Source: Frankiales bacterium (GTDB taxonomy: Bacteria > Actinomycetota > Actinomycetes > Mycobacteriales > SCTD01). Taken from it: 37,019 bases of DNA. A model generated the notes under the pieces. The model was not told where the DNA came from, ran no database searches, and saw only the letters and a list, made by a program, of their open reading frames with translations. How positions within the stretch are numbered: position 1 is the stretch's first letter; the number at the start of each line of letters is the position of its first letter. The stretch covers positions 1 to 37,019 of the forward strand of contig JAYUBO010000219.1 of the NCBI GenBank assembly GCA_043740815.1, written 5' to 3'. Below, one piece after another: positions 9,683 through 17,573 of the stretch. The position numbers and the translations under genes are program-made.

Positions 9683-10736
9683 CGAGGTGCACGCTTTGCT
9701 TCATCTGGTCGCGGAGCTGGTCCGCACGGATGCATGCGGTCAAGGTCCCCGGCTCCAGCTGGTACAGAGCGGGCGTCATCTGCTCGCAGTCCGCGACCGC
9801 GTAGCTGCAGCGTTCCCTGAAGGGGCAGCCGGTCGTGGTCTCACGCGCCGAAGCGGGTCGCCCAGGTACGACCTGGAGCCGCTCGACCCTGCGATCCAGA
9901 CGCGGCCTGGCTCCGACCAGTGCGGCGGCATACGGATGCGCAGGGGCGTCGAACAGGTCAGCCGCCGACTGCACCGCCATGGGGCGGCCGGCGTACATCA
10001 CCACGACTTTGTCGCACAGGACCGACGCCAGCGCGAGGTCGTGGGTAATGAACAACAGGGACAGGCCCCTCGACTCCTGCAGGTCACGCAGGATGGCCAA
10101 GATGTCGGACTGGACGGTGACGTCCAGGGCCGTAGTGGCCTCGTCGGCGATGATCATCTTCGGCTCGCAGGACAGTGCACCGGCAATCATCACCCGCTGC
10201 AGCATCCCGCCTGAGAGCTGCCCAGGGTAGGAGCCGAGGACCCGGTCGGCCTCGCCGATGCCCAGGCTGTGCAGGAGTGTCGCCGATCGTTCACGGGCTT
10301 GCTGCTTCGTCATGCCCTTGTGCAGACGCAGGCCTTCCCCGATGTAGTCCTCGATGGTCCACAGCGGATCGATGTGCGCACGGGGGTCTTGGAAGATCAT
10401 CCCGATCTGGTCGCTACGGACCTTGCGCAGTTCCCGCCGGGTCATGGTGAGCGTGTTGTTGCCCAAAAAGTGCACCTGGCCGGTGCTGCGGGCGCCGGGT
10501 GGGAGCAGACCGATGATGGATCGGGCGGTGACGGACTTGCCGCTTCCGGACTCACCGACGAGCCCCACCACTTCACCTGCCTGGATGGTCAGGCGCATCT
10601 CCCGCACGATGGGCTGCAACGCCCCGCCGATGAGCAGGGAGGTGGTCAGGTCCTGGATGTCGAGGACTGGTGCGCCGGGCGGTAACCCCGTGGGAGGTGC
10701 GGACGCCGACGCGGGCAAGGCACTGGGTATCGTCAC
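9675..10736 (-). CDS. Oligopeptide/dipeptide ABC ATP-binding protein (OppD-like)
   Basis: GESGSGKSVT, MIFQDP, YPGQLSGGMLQR, DEATTALDVTVQ, HPY, GCPFRERC; GTG 10736 overlaps the upstream stop. Confidence 0.93.
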   Translation of the reverse strand: MTIPSALPASASAPPTGLPPGAPVLDIQDLTTSLLIGGALQPIVREMRLTIQAGEVVGLVGESGSGKSVTARSIIGLLPPGARSTGQVHFLGNNTLTMTRRELRKVRSDQIGMIFQDPRAHIDPLWTIEDYIGEGLRLHKGMTKQQARERSATLLHSLGIGEADRVLGSYPGQLSGGMLQRVMIAGALSCEPKMIIADEATTALDVTVQSDILAILRDLQESRGLSLLFITHDLALASVLCDKVVVMYAGRPMAVQSAADLFDAPAHPYAAALVGARPRLDRRVERLQVVPGRPASARETTTGCPFRERCSYAVADCEQMTPALYQLEPGTLTACIRADQLRDQMKQSVHLGD

Positions 10737-11590
10737 GCGCCCCGGACCAATCGCTTGGCGATGGCATCGCCCAGCACGTTGAACGCGATGACGGCGACCG
10801 CCACGGCGACGGAGGCAACGGTCACCTGGGTGACGGAGAACAGGATGCTCTGCCGCCCGTCGGAGAGCATCTGCCCCCAGTCCGGGGTGGGCGGCTGTAC
10901 GCCCAGACCCAAGAACGCCAGTCCGGCCAGGTCCAGCAGGGCATAGCCGAAGTTCAGCGTCGACTGCGCCACAATCGTCCCCGCCACGTTCGGGAGGATG
11001 TGGAACAGGCAGACCCGAAGGCCGCTGAAGCCCTGGATCCGACAGGCGTCGACGTAGGCATTGCTGCACTCCACGAGCACCACGCCACGCACGACCCTGG
11101 TGAGCAGCGGGATGTAGGTGATGGCGATGGCGATGACGGCCGTCCAGAAGCTGGCACCGAAGGTGGCCACGATGACGATGGCGAGCAGCAAAGGCGGAAA
11201 GCCGAACACCATGTCCCAGATCCTGGACAGCACCGAGTCGACCCATCCTCCGCGGTAGCCGGCAACGAGGCCGGCCGGCACACCGATGAGGATCGACATC
11301 AGCACGACAGCGAGGGGACCGAGCAGGCTCAGCCGGGTCCCGTAGATCAGTCGCGACAGGATGTCGCGGCCGGCCGCGTCGGTCCCGAGCAGGTGCTCAC
11401 TACTGATCCCCGAGAGGGTCTGGCTCAGCTGGATCGTGTTTGGGTTGTGCGGGGCCAGCAGCGGGGCTGCCGCCGCCACGAGCAGCAGCAGGCCGATCAC
11501 GGTGCCTCCCACGGCGAACCCGAGGAAGCCCGGAAGCCGGGGGGTGCCTCGCCGGATGACCAGGGGAGTTGCCAGATCAAGGGTGGTCAT
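10733..11590 (-). CDS. Oligopeptide ABC permease (OppC-like)
   Basis: HLLGTDAAGRDILSRLIYGTR, HILPN, FLGLGVQPPTPDWGQML, FNVLGD. Confidence 0.93.
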   Translation of the reverse strand: MTTLDLATPLVIRRGTPRLPGFLGFAVGGTVIGLLLLVAAAAPLLAPHNPNTIQLSQTLSGISSEHLLGTDAAGRDILSRLIYGTRLSLLGPLAVVLMSILIGVPAGLVAGYRGGWVDSVLSRIWDMVFGFPPLLLAIVIVATFGASFWTAVIAIAITYIPLLTRVVRGVVLVECSNAYVDACRIQGFSGLRVCLFHILPNVAGTIVAQSTLNFGYALLDLAGLAFLGLGVQPPTPDWGQMLSDGRQSILFSVTQVTVASVAVAVAVIAFNVLGDAIAKRLVRGA

Positions 11591-12537
11591 GACCGTCCGT
11601 CCGAGACTCGGATCCGTGGGTCGACCACGCCATAGAGCAGGTCGACAACGAGATTGAGGCCGATGAAGACGGCCGTAAACAGCAGGGTCACGGCCTGTAC
11701 GACTGAGTAGTCCTTCGCCTCGACCGCTTGCACTAGCAGTGAACCGAGCCCGTTGAGACCGAAGGTGTACTCGACCAGGACGGCGCCGCTGATGAGGTAG
11801 CCCACGGCCAGTCCCGCCACCGTCAGGATCGGGATGAGGGCGCTTCGGAGGACGTGCTTGAGCAAGACCCGACGATCGGTGAAACCGCGAGCGCGCACCG
11901 TCTCGACGAACTCCATCGCCAGGACCCGGACGACCGAGGCACGCGTCGTCCGTGCGATCAGCGCAATGAGGCTGAGGGCCAGGGCGAACGCGGGCAGAGT
12001 CAGGTGGAGCAAGCGGTCGGTGCCGCCCGTGCCGGTGCCGATGATGGGGAACCAGCCAAGCTTGACGCCGAAGACCACCAGCAGGACGACTCCTGAGACA
12101 TAGCTGGAGATCGAGGCCAGCACGAGGACGACCCCGGAGATCGCGGAGTCAGCCAGCTGCCCCTGCCGCAGGGCGGCAGCTGCCCCGAGAGCGACGCCGA
12201 CCACGACGGTGATGGTGGCCGCGTAGACCGCGAGCTCCAGGGTGGGCATCACCCGCGAGCCCACCACCGAGGACACCGGAGTCTTGTAGGTGATGGAGTC
12301 GCCCAGGTTGAAGTGCAGGACCCCGTTCAGCCAGATCCAGTACTGCTCGGGCAACGAGGCGTCCAGGTGGTACTGATGGCGGATGGAGGCGATCAGCGCA
12401 GGCGTGGACGGCCGGCCGCCGAGCAGCACGGACTCGGCATTGCCGGGCGCGAGGTGCTCGAGCAGGAACAGGACAATGGACGTGACAAGCAGCAATCCTG
12501 CGGCTGCTGCTGCCCGCCGGGCGAGATACCGCTGCAT
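11587..12537 (-). CDS. Oligopeptide ABC permease (OppB-like)
   Basis: QYWIWL, LGDS, FVETVRARG, KHVLRSALIP, GAVLVEYTF, NLVVDLLYGVVDPRIR; ATG 12537 preceded by a GGGG/AGGA SD-like sequence. Confidence 0.93.
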   Translation of the reverse strand: MQRYLARRAAAAAGLLLVTSIVLFLLEHLAPGNAESVLLGGRPSTPALIASIRHQYHLDASLPEQYWIWLNGVLHFNLGDSITYKTPVSSVVGSRVMPTLELAVYAATITVVVGVALGAAAALRQGQLADSAISGVVLVLASISSYVSGVVLLVVFGVKLGWFPIIGTGTGGTDRLLHLTLPAFALALSLIALIARTTRASVVRVLAMEFVETVRARGFTDRRVLLKHVLRSALIPILTVAGLAVGYLISGAVLVEYTFGLNGLGSLLVQAVEAKDYSVVQAVTLLFTAVFIGLNLVVDLLYGVVDPRIRVSDGRS

Positions 12538-12554
12538 GTCCTGTCCCCGCTCCG

Positions 12555-14222
12555 TTACGCGCCGCTGAGGTCTGCGGCCCAGCCGCTGTCCCAGTACCAG
12601 AGTGGCCGAAGCTCGTAGCCACCGAGACGCTTGTTGAGGGGCATCGTGGTCGAGGGCGTGAACAGCACGATCCACGACTGGTCATCGACGATCTGCGCCT
12701 GCGCGGTGTTGAACTCTTTCGCCCGCGCGGCCGGGTCACCCTCTATGGCCGACTGCGTCAGGGCGGCCGTGACCTTTGGATCGTTGTACTTGGTGTAGTC
12801 GGTCAGGTTGTTCTCCAGGAAACACTGCACCAAGGTGCCGCCCGGGTCTGGGTAGTCCGAGGACCACTCGAGCAAGAACCCGTCGTAGTCGTGCGCCTTG
12901 TCAGCGATCTTGGCCAGCAGCTGGGTGTACGGGATGTTCTGCAGCTTGATGTCGAGGCCGATGGCCTTGGCGGCTGCCTGGACGATGACGCCCTCCTCCT
13001 GCTCGTGCGGCGTGGCCACCAGGATCGTTGCTGACGCCCCTTCCGCACCGGCTTCCTTGATCAGTGCCTTGGCCTTCGCCACGTCGAGGGCAAAGTCCGG
13101 GAGGGCGTCGTAGGCGGACTGGAAGGCCTTCTGCTCGAAGCTCCACATGGCCGGCGTCGAGGGCGACTTGGACAGCGACCCGGCGCCTCCCCAGGTGGAG
13201 TCGAGGATCCCCTTCTTGTCGATGGCGTACGACAGCGCCTGCCGCACCCGAATGTCGGTGAAGGGCTTTCGCGTGACGTTGAGCCCCATGAAATGGACGA
13301 AGTACGACGGGGCGGTGGCGACCACCATGTTGGAGGCCCGGCTCAGCGCCTTCAGGTTCTTACCCGACAAGTTGAAGGCCCCGTCGATGTCACCGTTGAT
13401 CATCCCTTCGATCACAGTGGTCTCGCTGGCAATGACCTTGAAGACGATCTGGGCCACCTTCGGCTGCCGGCCCGGGTTCCAGTACTGGTCGTTCTTGGCA
13501 ATGATCGCCTGCTGTCCCTGCTGCCAGGAGACGAACTTGTACGGCCCAGTGCCGATGATGCCGACATTGGGCTTGCCGACGCTCTTGCCCTTGCTGTCCA
13601 GGAAAGCCTTGGGCGACACCGCTCCGACGGTGGTCGCCGGCACGTACTGCCAGAGCGCATCGGGCCGGGAGAGCTTGACGGTCAGCTCGTACGGGCCGGT
13701 CGCCGAGACGGTCTTGACGTTGCCGACGAAGGACGCCAAGTAGCTGCCCAGAGCTGGGTCGATGATGCGCTTCATCGAGGCTTCCGCGTCAGCGGCGGTC
13801 ATCACCGTGCCGTCGTGGAACTTCACACCCTGCCGCAGGGTGTAGACGTAGGTCGTCTCGTCCACTTTCTTCCAGGACGAAGCGAGGTTTGGCTGCAGCT
13901 CACCGGACGGCGACATCCGCAGCAGCGACTCCACGATGTTGGTGACCACCGGGTTGGTGTTGAAGTCGTACGCGAAGGCGTAGTCCATCGACACCGGATC
14001 CGCGAACAGTGCCCAGGTCATCTTGTCGACCGGCTTACCAGCGCCGGGTGGGAAGGATGCGGACGTGGCGACCCCTGGACCGGTGCCCTTCGGGGCCTTC
14101 GCACCCGAGCCGCAGGCGGCGAGCAGCTGCGACAGAGCCAGCGCGGAGACTCCGGTCGCAGCCCCGGCGAGCACCCGCCGACGGGTCACGCCGGTACTGG
14201 TGAACGGCATGTCATCGTTCAT
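12555..14222 (-). CDS. Family-5 (OppA/DppA-like) substrate-binding protein, Tat-type lipoprotein
   Basis: TRRRVL twin-arginine motif, LLAAC lipobox, LRQGVKFHDGT, GTGPYKF, PFTDIRVRQALSYAID, DYPDP. Confidence 0.92.
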   Translation of the reverse strand: MNDDMPFTSTGVTRRRVLAGAATGVSALALSQLLAACGSGAKAPKGTGPGVATSASFPPGAGKPVDKMTWALFADPVSMDYAFAYDFNTNPVVTNIVESLLRMSPSGELQPNLASSWKKVDETTYVYTLRQGVKFHDGTVMTAADAEASMKRIIDPALGSYLASFVGNVKTVSATGPYELTVKLSRPDALWQYVPATTVGAVSPKAFLDSKGKSVGKPNVGIIGTGPYKFVSWQQGQQAIIAKNDQYWNPGRQPKVAQIVFKVIASETTVIEGMINGDIDGAFNLSGKNLKALSRASNMVVATAPSYFVHFMGLNVTRKPFTDIRVRQALSYAIDKKGILDSTWGGAGSLSKSPSTPAMWSFEQKAFQSAYDALPDFALDVAKAKALIKEAGAEGASATILVATPHEQEEGVIVQAAAKAIGLDIKLQNIPYTQLLAKIADKAHDYDGFLLEWSSDYPDPGGTLVQCFLENNLTDYTKYNDPKVTAALTQSAIEGDPAARAKEFNTAQAQIVDDQSWIVLFTPSTTMPLNKRLGGYELRPLWYWDSGWAADLSGA

Positions 14223-14272
14223 GGTTAGCCCTCGACTCGATGTTGTTGGTGATCCTGCTGGCGGGTGCGTGC

Positions 14273-15082
14273 TCACGTGCCCTGTGGCCGGTTCTTGGAC
14301 AGGAAGTCCAGAAAGGCCTCGTTGAAGGCCTCTGGGTGCTCCCAGATGCAGGCGTGCCCGCCGAGCGTGCTGCGCCAAAGCGATCCTGGGATGAGGGTGT
14401 GCAGCTCGTGTGACAGCGCGGTCGGAATGAGGATGTCCTGCTCACCCGCCAAAACCAGCGTGGGGGTCGCTATCTGGCTGAGCTCGGCGGTGGTGTCGTG
14501 CTGCTGGATCACGGCCAGCTGGGCGAGGTAGGCCGCAATGGGCTGGTCCATGTAGCGCATCGCCGTCTCGAACTCGGCCAGCTCGTCCTCGCGGTCCCGG
14601 AAGAAGTCCAGTGTGAAGGCCCAGAGCGTCACGTCACGCATCACGAACGGGACGCCGTGCACCGATGCCGTCTCCGCCCACAGCGCGAACATCCGGGAGC
14701 AGAACGGCCCCGGGGCGGCATAGGTGCAGGCCAGCGTGAGGGAACTGAGGTCGTGTGGGTAGTCCAGGGCGTACCGCTGGGCGATCATCCCACCCATGGA
14801 CACACCCATGAGGTGCACCTTGGTCAGCCCCAGGTGGTCCACCAGGGACTTCGCATCCGCCGCAAGCAGGGCCGTGCTGTATGGGCCAGCCGGTTTCGAG
14901 GAAGCCCCAACGCCACGGTTGTCGAAGCAGACCACCCGGTACCCGGCCGCGAGCAGTGCGGGCGTTTGGTACATCCACGTGCTGAGGTCGTCGGCGAGAC
15001 CGTTGACCAGCAGGACGGTCTGGTCCCCTTCCCCCTCGACCTGGTAGTGGATGTCGATCCCGTTCAGGCGTTCCACAGGCAT
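14273..15082 (-). CDS. Alpha/beta-fold hydrolase (PcaD/enol-lactonase-like fold)
   Basis: FDNRGVGAS, GVSMGG nucleophile elbow, AGEQD acid residue, GGHA histidine. Confidence 0.85.
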   Translation of the reverse strand: MPVERLNGIDIHYQVEGEGDQTVLLVNGLADDLSTWMYQTPALLAAGYRVVCFDNRGVGASSKPAGPYSTALLAADAKSLVDHLGLTKVHLMGVSMGGMIAQRYALDYPHDLSSLTLACTYAAPGPFCSRMFALWAETASVHGVPFVMRDVTLWAFTLDFFRDREDELAEFETAMRYMDQPIAAYLAQLAVIQQHDTTAELSQIATPTLVLAGEQDILIPTALSHELHTLIPGSLWRSTLGGHACIWEHPEAFNEAFLDFLSKNRPQGT

Positions 15083-15086
15083 GTCG

Positions 15087-15839
15087 TTACCCCCTTCTGC
15101 TAGCGAGCGGACCGGGCGTGATCCGGGCGTGTAGGTCGCGCAGTGTTGCTTCGGTGAGGGAAAAGTGCTCAGCCGCGTGGCGTGCAGCCGCTTCGGGCTG
15201 ACGGTCGATAACAGCCTGGGCCAGCAGCGGGTGCTGCTGGAGCGCCCGGCCTCGGACTGCCTCGTTGTACGGCTCCGCCTCGAAGCCCAGGCTCACGTCC
15301 CGACGGATGCGAAGGCTCAGGTCGGCAAGCTGGGGATTGTGCGTCGCCACGGCCACGGACTGGTGCACATCCAGGTCGGCGAGACGGGACGACTCGCGGT
15401 CCCTGCCGGCCTTTTCGTATCCCCGCAGAGCGGCCTTGATGCGGGTGGCGTCTGTACGGGTGCAGCGCTCAGCGGCCGTGCGTGCAATCTGCTGCTCGAT
15501 GACCGAGCGCAGGTCCAGGGTGACCACGAGCTGATCCCACTGTGGTTCCAGGGCGCGCCAGACGCTGGCATCGGAGTCGTTGTTCCAGTGGTCGGTGACG
15601 AACGCGCCGCCACTGCGCCCGCGCCGGACCACTACATATCCCAGGGCCGACAGTCGGCTGAGGGCCTCGCGCACCGTGCTCGGGCTGACCTCGAGGAGCT
15701 CGGCCAGCCGCTGCACGGTCGGGAGCTTCTGCCCGGCGACGAACTGTCCGAGCGCGATGGCGGTGACGAAGCGGTCAGCGATCCGCGACGCGGCGGTTTC
15801 GGGAGCCAGCGGGCGCAACGCCCCGCTGGCGGTCGTCAC
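15087..15839 (-). CDS. GntR/FadR-family transcriptional regulator
   Basis: GQKLPT..LAELLEVSPSTVREAL..L...G.V..RRGRSGGAFV wHTH; FCD-type DLDVH..VA.ATHNP; GTG 15839 overlaps the upstream stop. Confidence 0.9.
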   Translation of the reverse strand: MTTASGALRPLAPETAASRIADRFVTAIALGQFVAGQKLPTVQRLAELLEVSPSTVREALSRLSALGYVVVRRGRSGGAFVTDHWNNDSDASVWRALEPQWDQLVVTLDLRSVIEQQIARTAAERCTRTDATRIKAALRGYEKAGRDRESSRLADLDVHQSVAVATHNPQLADLSLRIRRDVSLGFEAEPYNEAVRGRALQQHPLLAQAVIDRQPEAAARHAAEHFSLTEATLRDLHARITPGPLASRRG

Positions 15840-17134
15840 GTCACGTCCTGGTGGCGAAACCAGTCGAGCAGGAACCGGGCCACCGTGCGAGCACAGTCCA
15901 CGATGCTCGCCAGCTCCACCGCCTCGTCGGTGCCGTGCATGTTCCTCGTCCTGGGGCCGTAGGCCACCGTGGGCATGCCGAATTGGTTGACGTAGAAGCG
16001 GGCGTCCGTCGTCGAGGCGATCGTGACCCGCGCCGGTTCGGCACCGTGGGCAGACCGATGGGCTGCGCCGAGCTCCGTCACCAGGCGTGCGTCTTCGTCC
16101 TGGATATGCCGTTGCGCGCGGAAGCCGGTGAGCCTCAACCGAGGTGGGTGCGACGCCAGCCACTCGTCGGTCTCACTGACACTGGCGACGGCGGCCTGTA
16201 CCTGGGCGAAGGCCTCGTCACTGTTCCAGTGTCCCGGGTGTCCGACCCGCACGTCGAACCGTGCGACCGCGGGAACGCTTGACGCCCAGTCACCGGCACG
16301 GAACGTGCCGATGTTGACGTTGTAGGGGTGGCCGATGTGAGCGAACGCGTCGTCCCGGGTCTCGCCCTTGACGTGCTCGTCGTTCATGTCGGCTTCGAGC
16401 GCGCGGAGCGCCTCGACCACCGGCAGCGCCGCCAGGATGGGGTTGACGGAGCTCTGGGCGACCTGCGCATGACCGGACAGCCCGTCGACCTCCACGCTGA
16501 CCCAGATGATGTTGATGCCACCCAGTAGGAGCTCCAGGTTGGTCGGCTCCAGCAGCAGTGCCGCGTCCGCGATGTAGCCGGCGCGGCCGGACGCGAGGGT
16601 GCCGTTTCCGGTGCACTCCTCCTCGATGACCGAGACCCATGTCAGCTTCCCGGTGAGCCAGCCGGGCATCCCCTGATCCAGCGCCCAGATGGCAAGCAGC
16701 CCGGCAGCAAAGCCGGCCTTCATGTCGCCGGCTCCCCGCCCCACCAACCAGCCGTCACGCAGCGTGGGGGTGAACGGCGGGCTGCTCCAGACAGACGCGT
16801 CCTCGGCAGGGACAACGTCAATGTGCCCGTTCAACAGCAGCGACCCGGAGACGTCGCCGGCGTCGCCGCGCTCACCGATCACGTCGTACCGACCCGCATA
16901 GCTCCGGCTGGGTACCCCTGCCGACGGGTCGGCCCCGATCGACTCCGGAATCATCAACCGGGTGATCTCAAAGTCGGCGTCATGCAGGGCCGCCGCAAGG
17001 ACTTCCTGAGCGCCTGCCTCCTGGCCCACGGTGCTCGGCTCGGCCACCAGACGCTCCAGCAGTTCAAAAGCGCGCGGTGACAGTGCCGTGATCGCGGAGT
17101 CCAACTGCCTCAAGTTGTCCAGCGTGCTCGCCAT
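15836..17134 (-). CDS. M20-family (ArgE/DapE-like) metallo-amidohydrolase/deacylase
   Basis: NGHIDVVP, GRGAGDMKAG, IEEEC, EPT, TTDARFY, MHGTDE metal-binding motifs. Confidence 0.9.
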   Translation of the reverse strand: MASTLDNLRQLDSAITALSPRAFELLERLVAEPSTVGQEAGAQEVLAAALHDADFEITRLMIPESIGADPSAGVPSRSYAGRYDVIGERGDAGDVSGSLLLNGHIDVVPAEDASVWSSPPFTPTLRDGWLVGRGAGDMKAGFAAGLLAIWALDQGMPGWLTGKLTWVSVIEEECTGNGTLASGRAGYIADAALLLEPTNLELLLGGINIIWVSVEVDGLSGHAQVAQSSVNPILAALPVVEALRALEADMNDEHVKGETRDDAFAHIGHPYNVNIGTFRAGDWASSVPAVARFDVRVGHPGHWNSDEAFAQVQAAVASVSETDEWLASHPPRLRLTGFRAQRHIQDEDARLVTELGAAHRSAHGAEPARVTIASTTDARFYVNQFGMPTVAYGPRTRNMHGTDEAVELASIVDCARTVARFLLDWFRHQDVT

Positions 17135-17141
17135 CCCTCGG

Positions 17142-17164
17142 TGAATCAGCTATTTCGTGATTCA
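17142..17164. promoter_or_regulatory. Putative operator palindrome upstream of the M20-GntR-Opp operon
   Basis: TGAATCA-N9-TGATTCA perfect inverted repeat between a minus-strand -10 (TATGTT, 17170-17175) and ATG 17134. Confidence 0.55.
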
Positions 17165-17402
17165 TTGGCAACATAGTGCACTTCGGCACAGACAGAAAGC
17201 GCCCCTGCGGCCGGTCCGGGAACCTCTGTGGGCAAGGCACACCAGCAGCGTCAGGCCCGGTGGGTCCGCTTCGCCCCCCGCCGTGAGGTCCCGCCGCGCG
17301 GCTGCCCGCCCGCTCGAGCGTGACCGGGAGGGTCATTTGGAAAGCAGGACCAAGCCATTCGGACTATAGGTTCAGCGCTGACAACGTGGTGCAGTTCGCG
17401 TT

Positions 17403-17540
17403 ATGCCCGTTCGGCCGGTGCGACGTTCTGCACTTGTCGTCGCGCTTTTCTCGGCGTCCTTCGTCCTCACCGGCCTGCCTTCGCCAGCGCCCGCTCAGGC
17501 CGCCGCCTCGGTCGCCGGCTGCGCCGGGACCGAGTGCTGA
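17403..17540 (+). CDS. Small ORF (45 aa): signal peptide plus short two-cysteine peptide
   Basis: MPVRPVRRSALVVALFSASFVLTGLPSPAPAQA-AASVAGCAGTEC*; basic n-region, hydrophobic h-region, AQA cleavage motif; possible -10 TAGGTT at 17367-17372; absent from the ORF track. Confidence 0.5.
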   Translation: MPVRPVRRSALVVALFSASFVLTGLPSPAPAQAAASVAGCAGTEC

Positions 17541-17573
17541 CCACGGCTCACCCACCTGCACCAGGAGCATTCC

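Noticed and set aside
17180-17400. c-di-GMP or c-di-AMP riboswitch upstream of the giant surface protein
   Set aside because: Consensus elements were not recognisable by eye; an Infernal scan would be needed to exclude it formally
1-17400. Horizontally acquired island suggested by apparently more A/T-ending codons than in the cob region
   Set aside because: Visual impression only, not computed; no integrase, tRNA or flanking direct repeats were found
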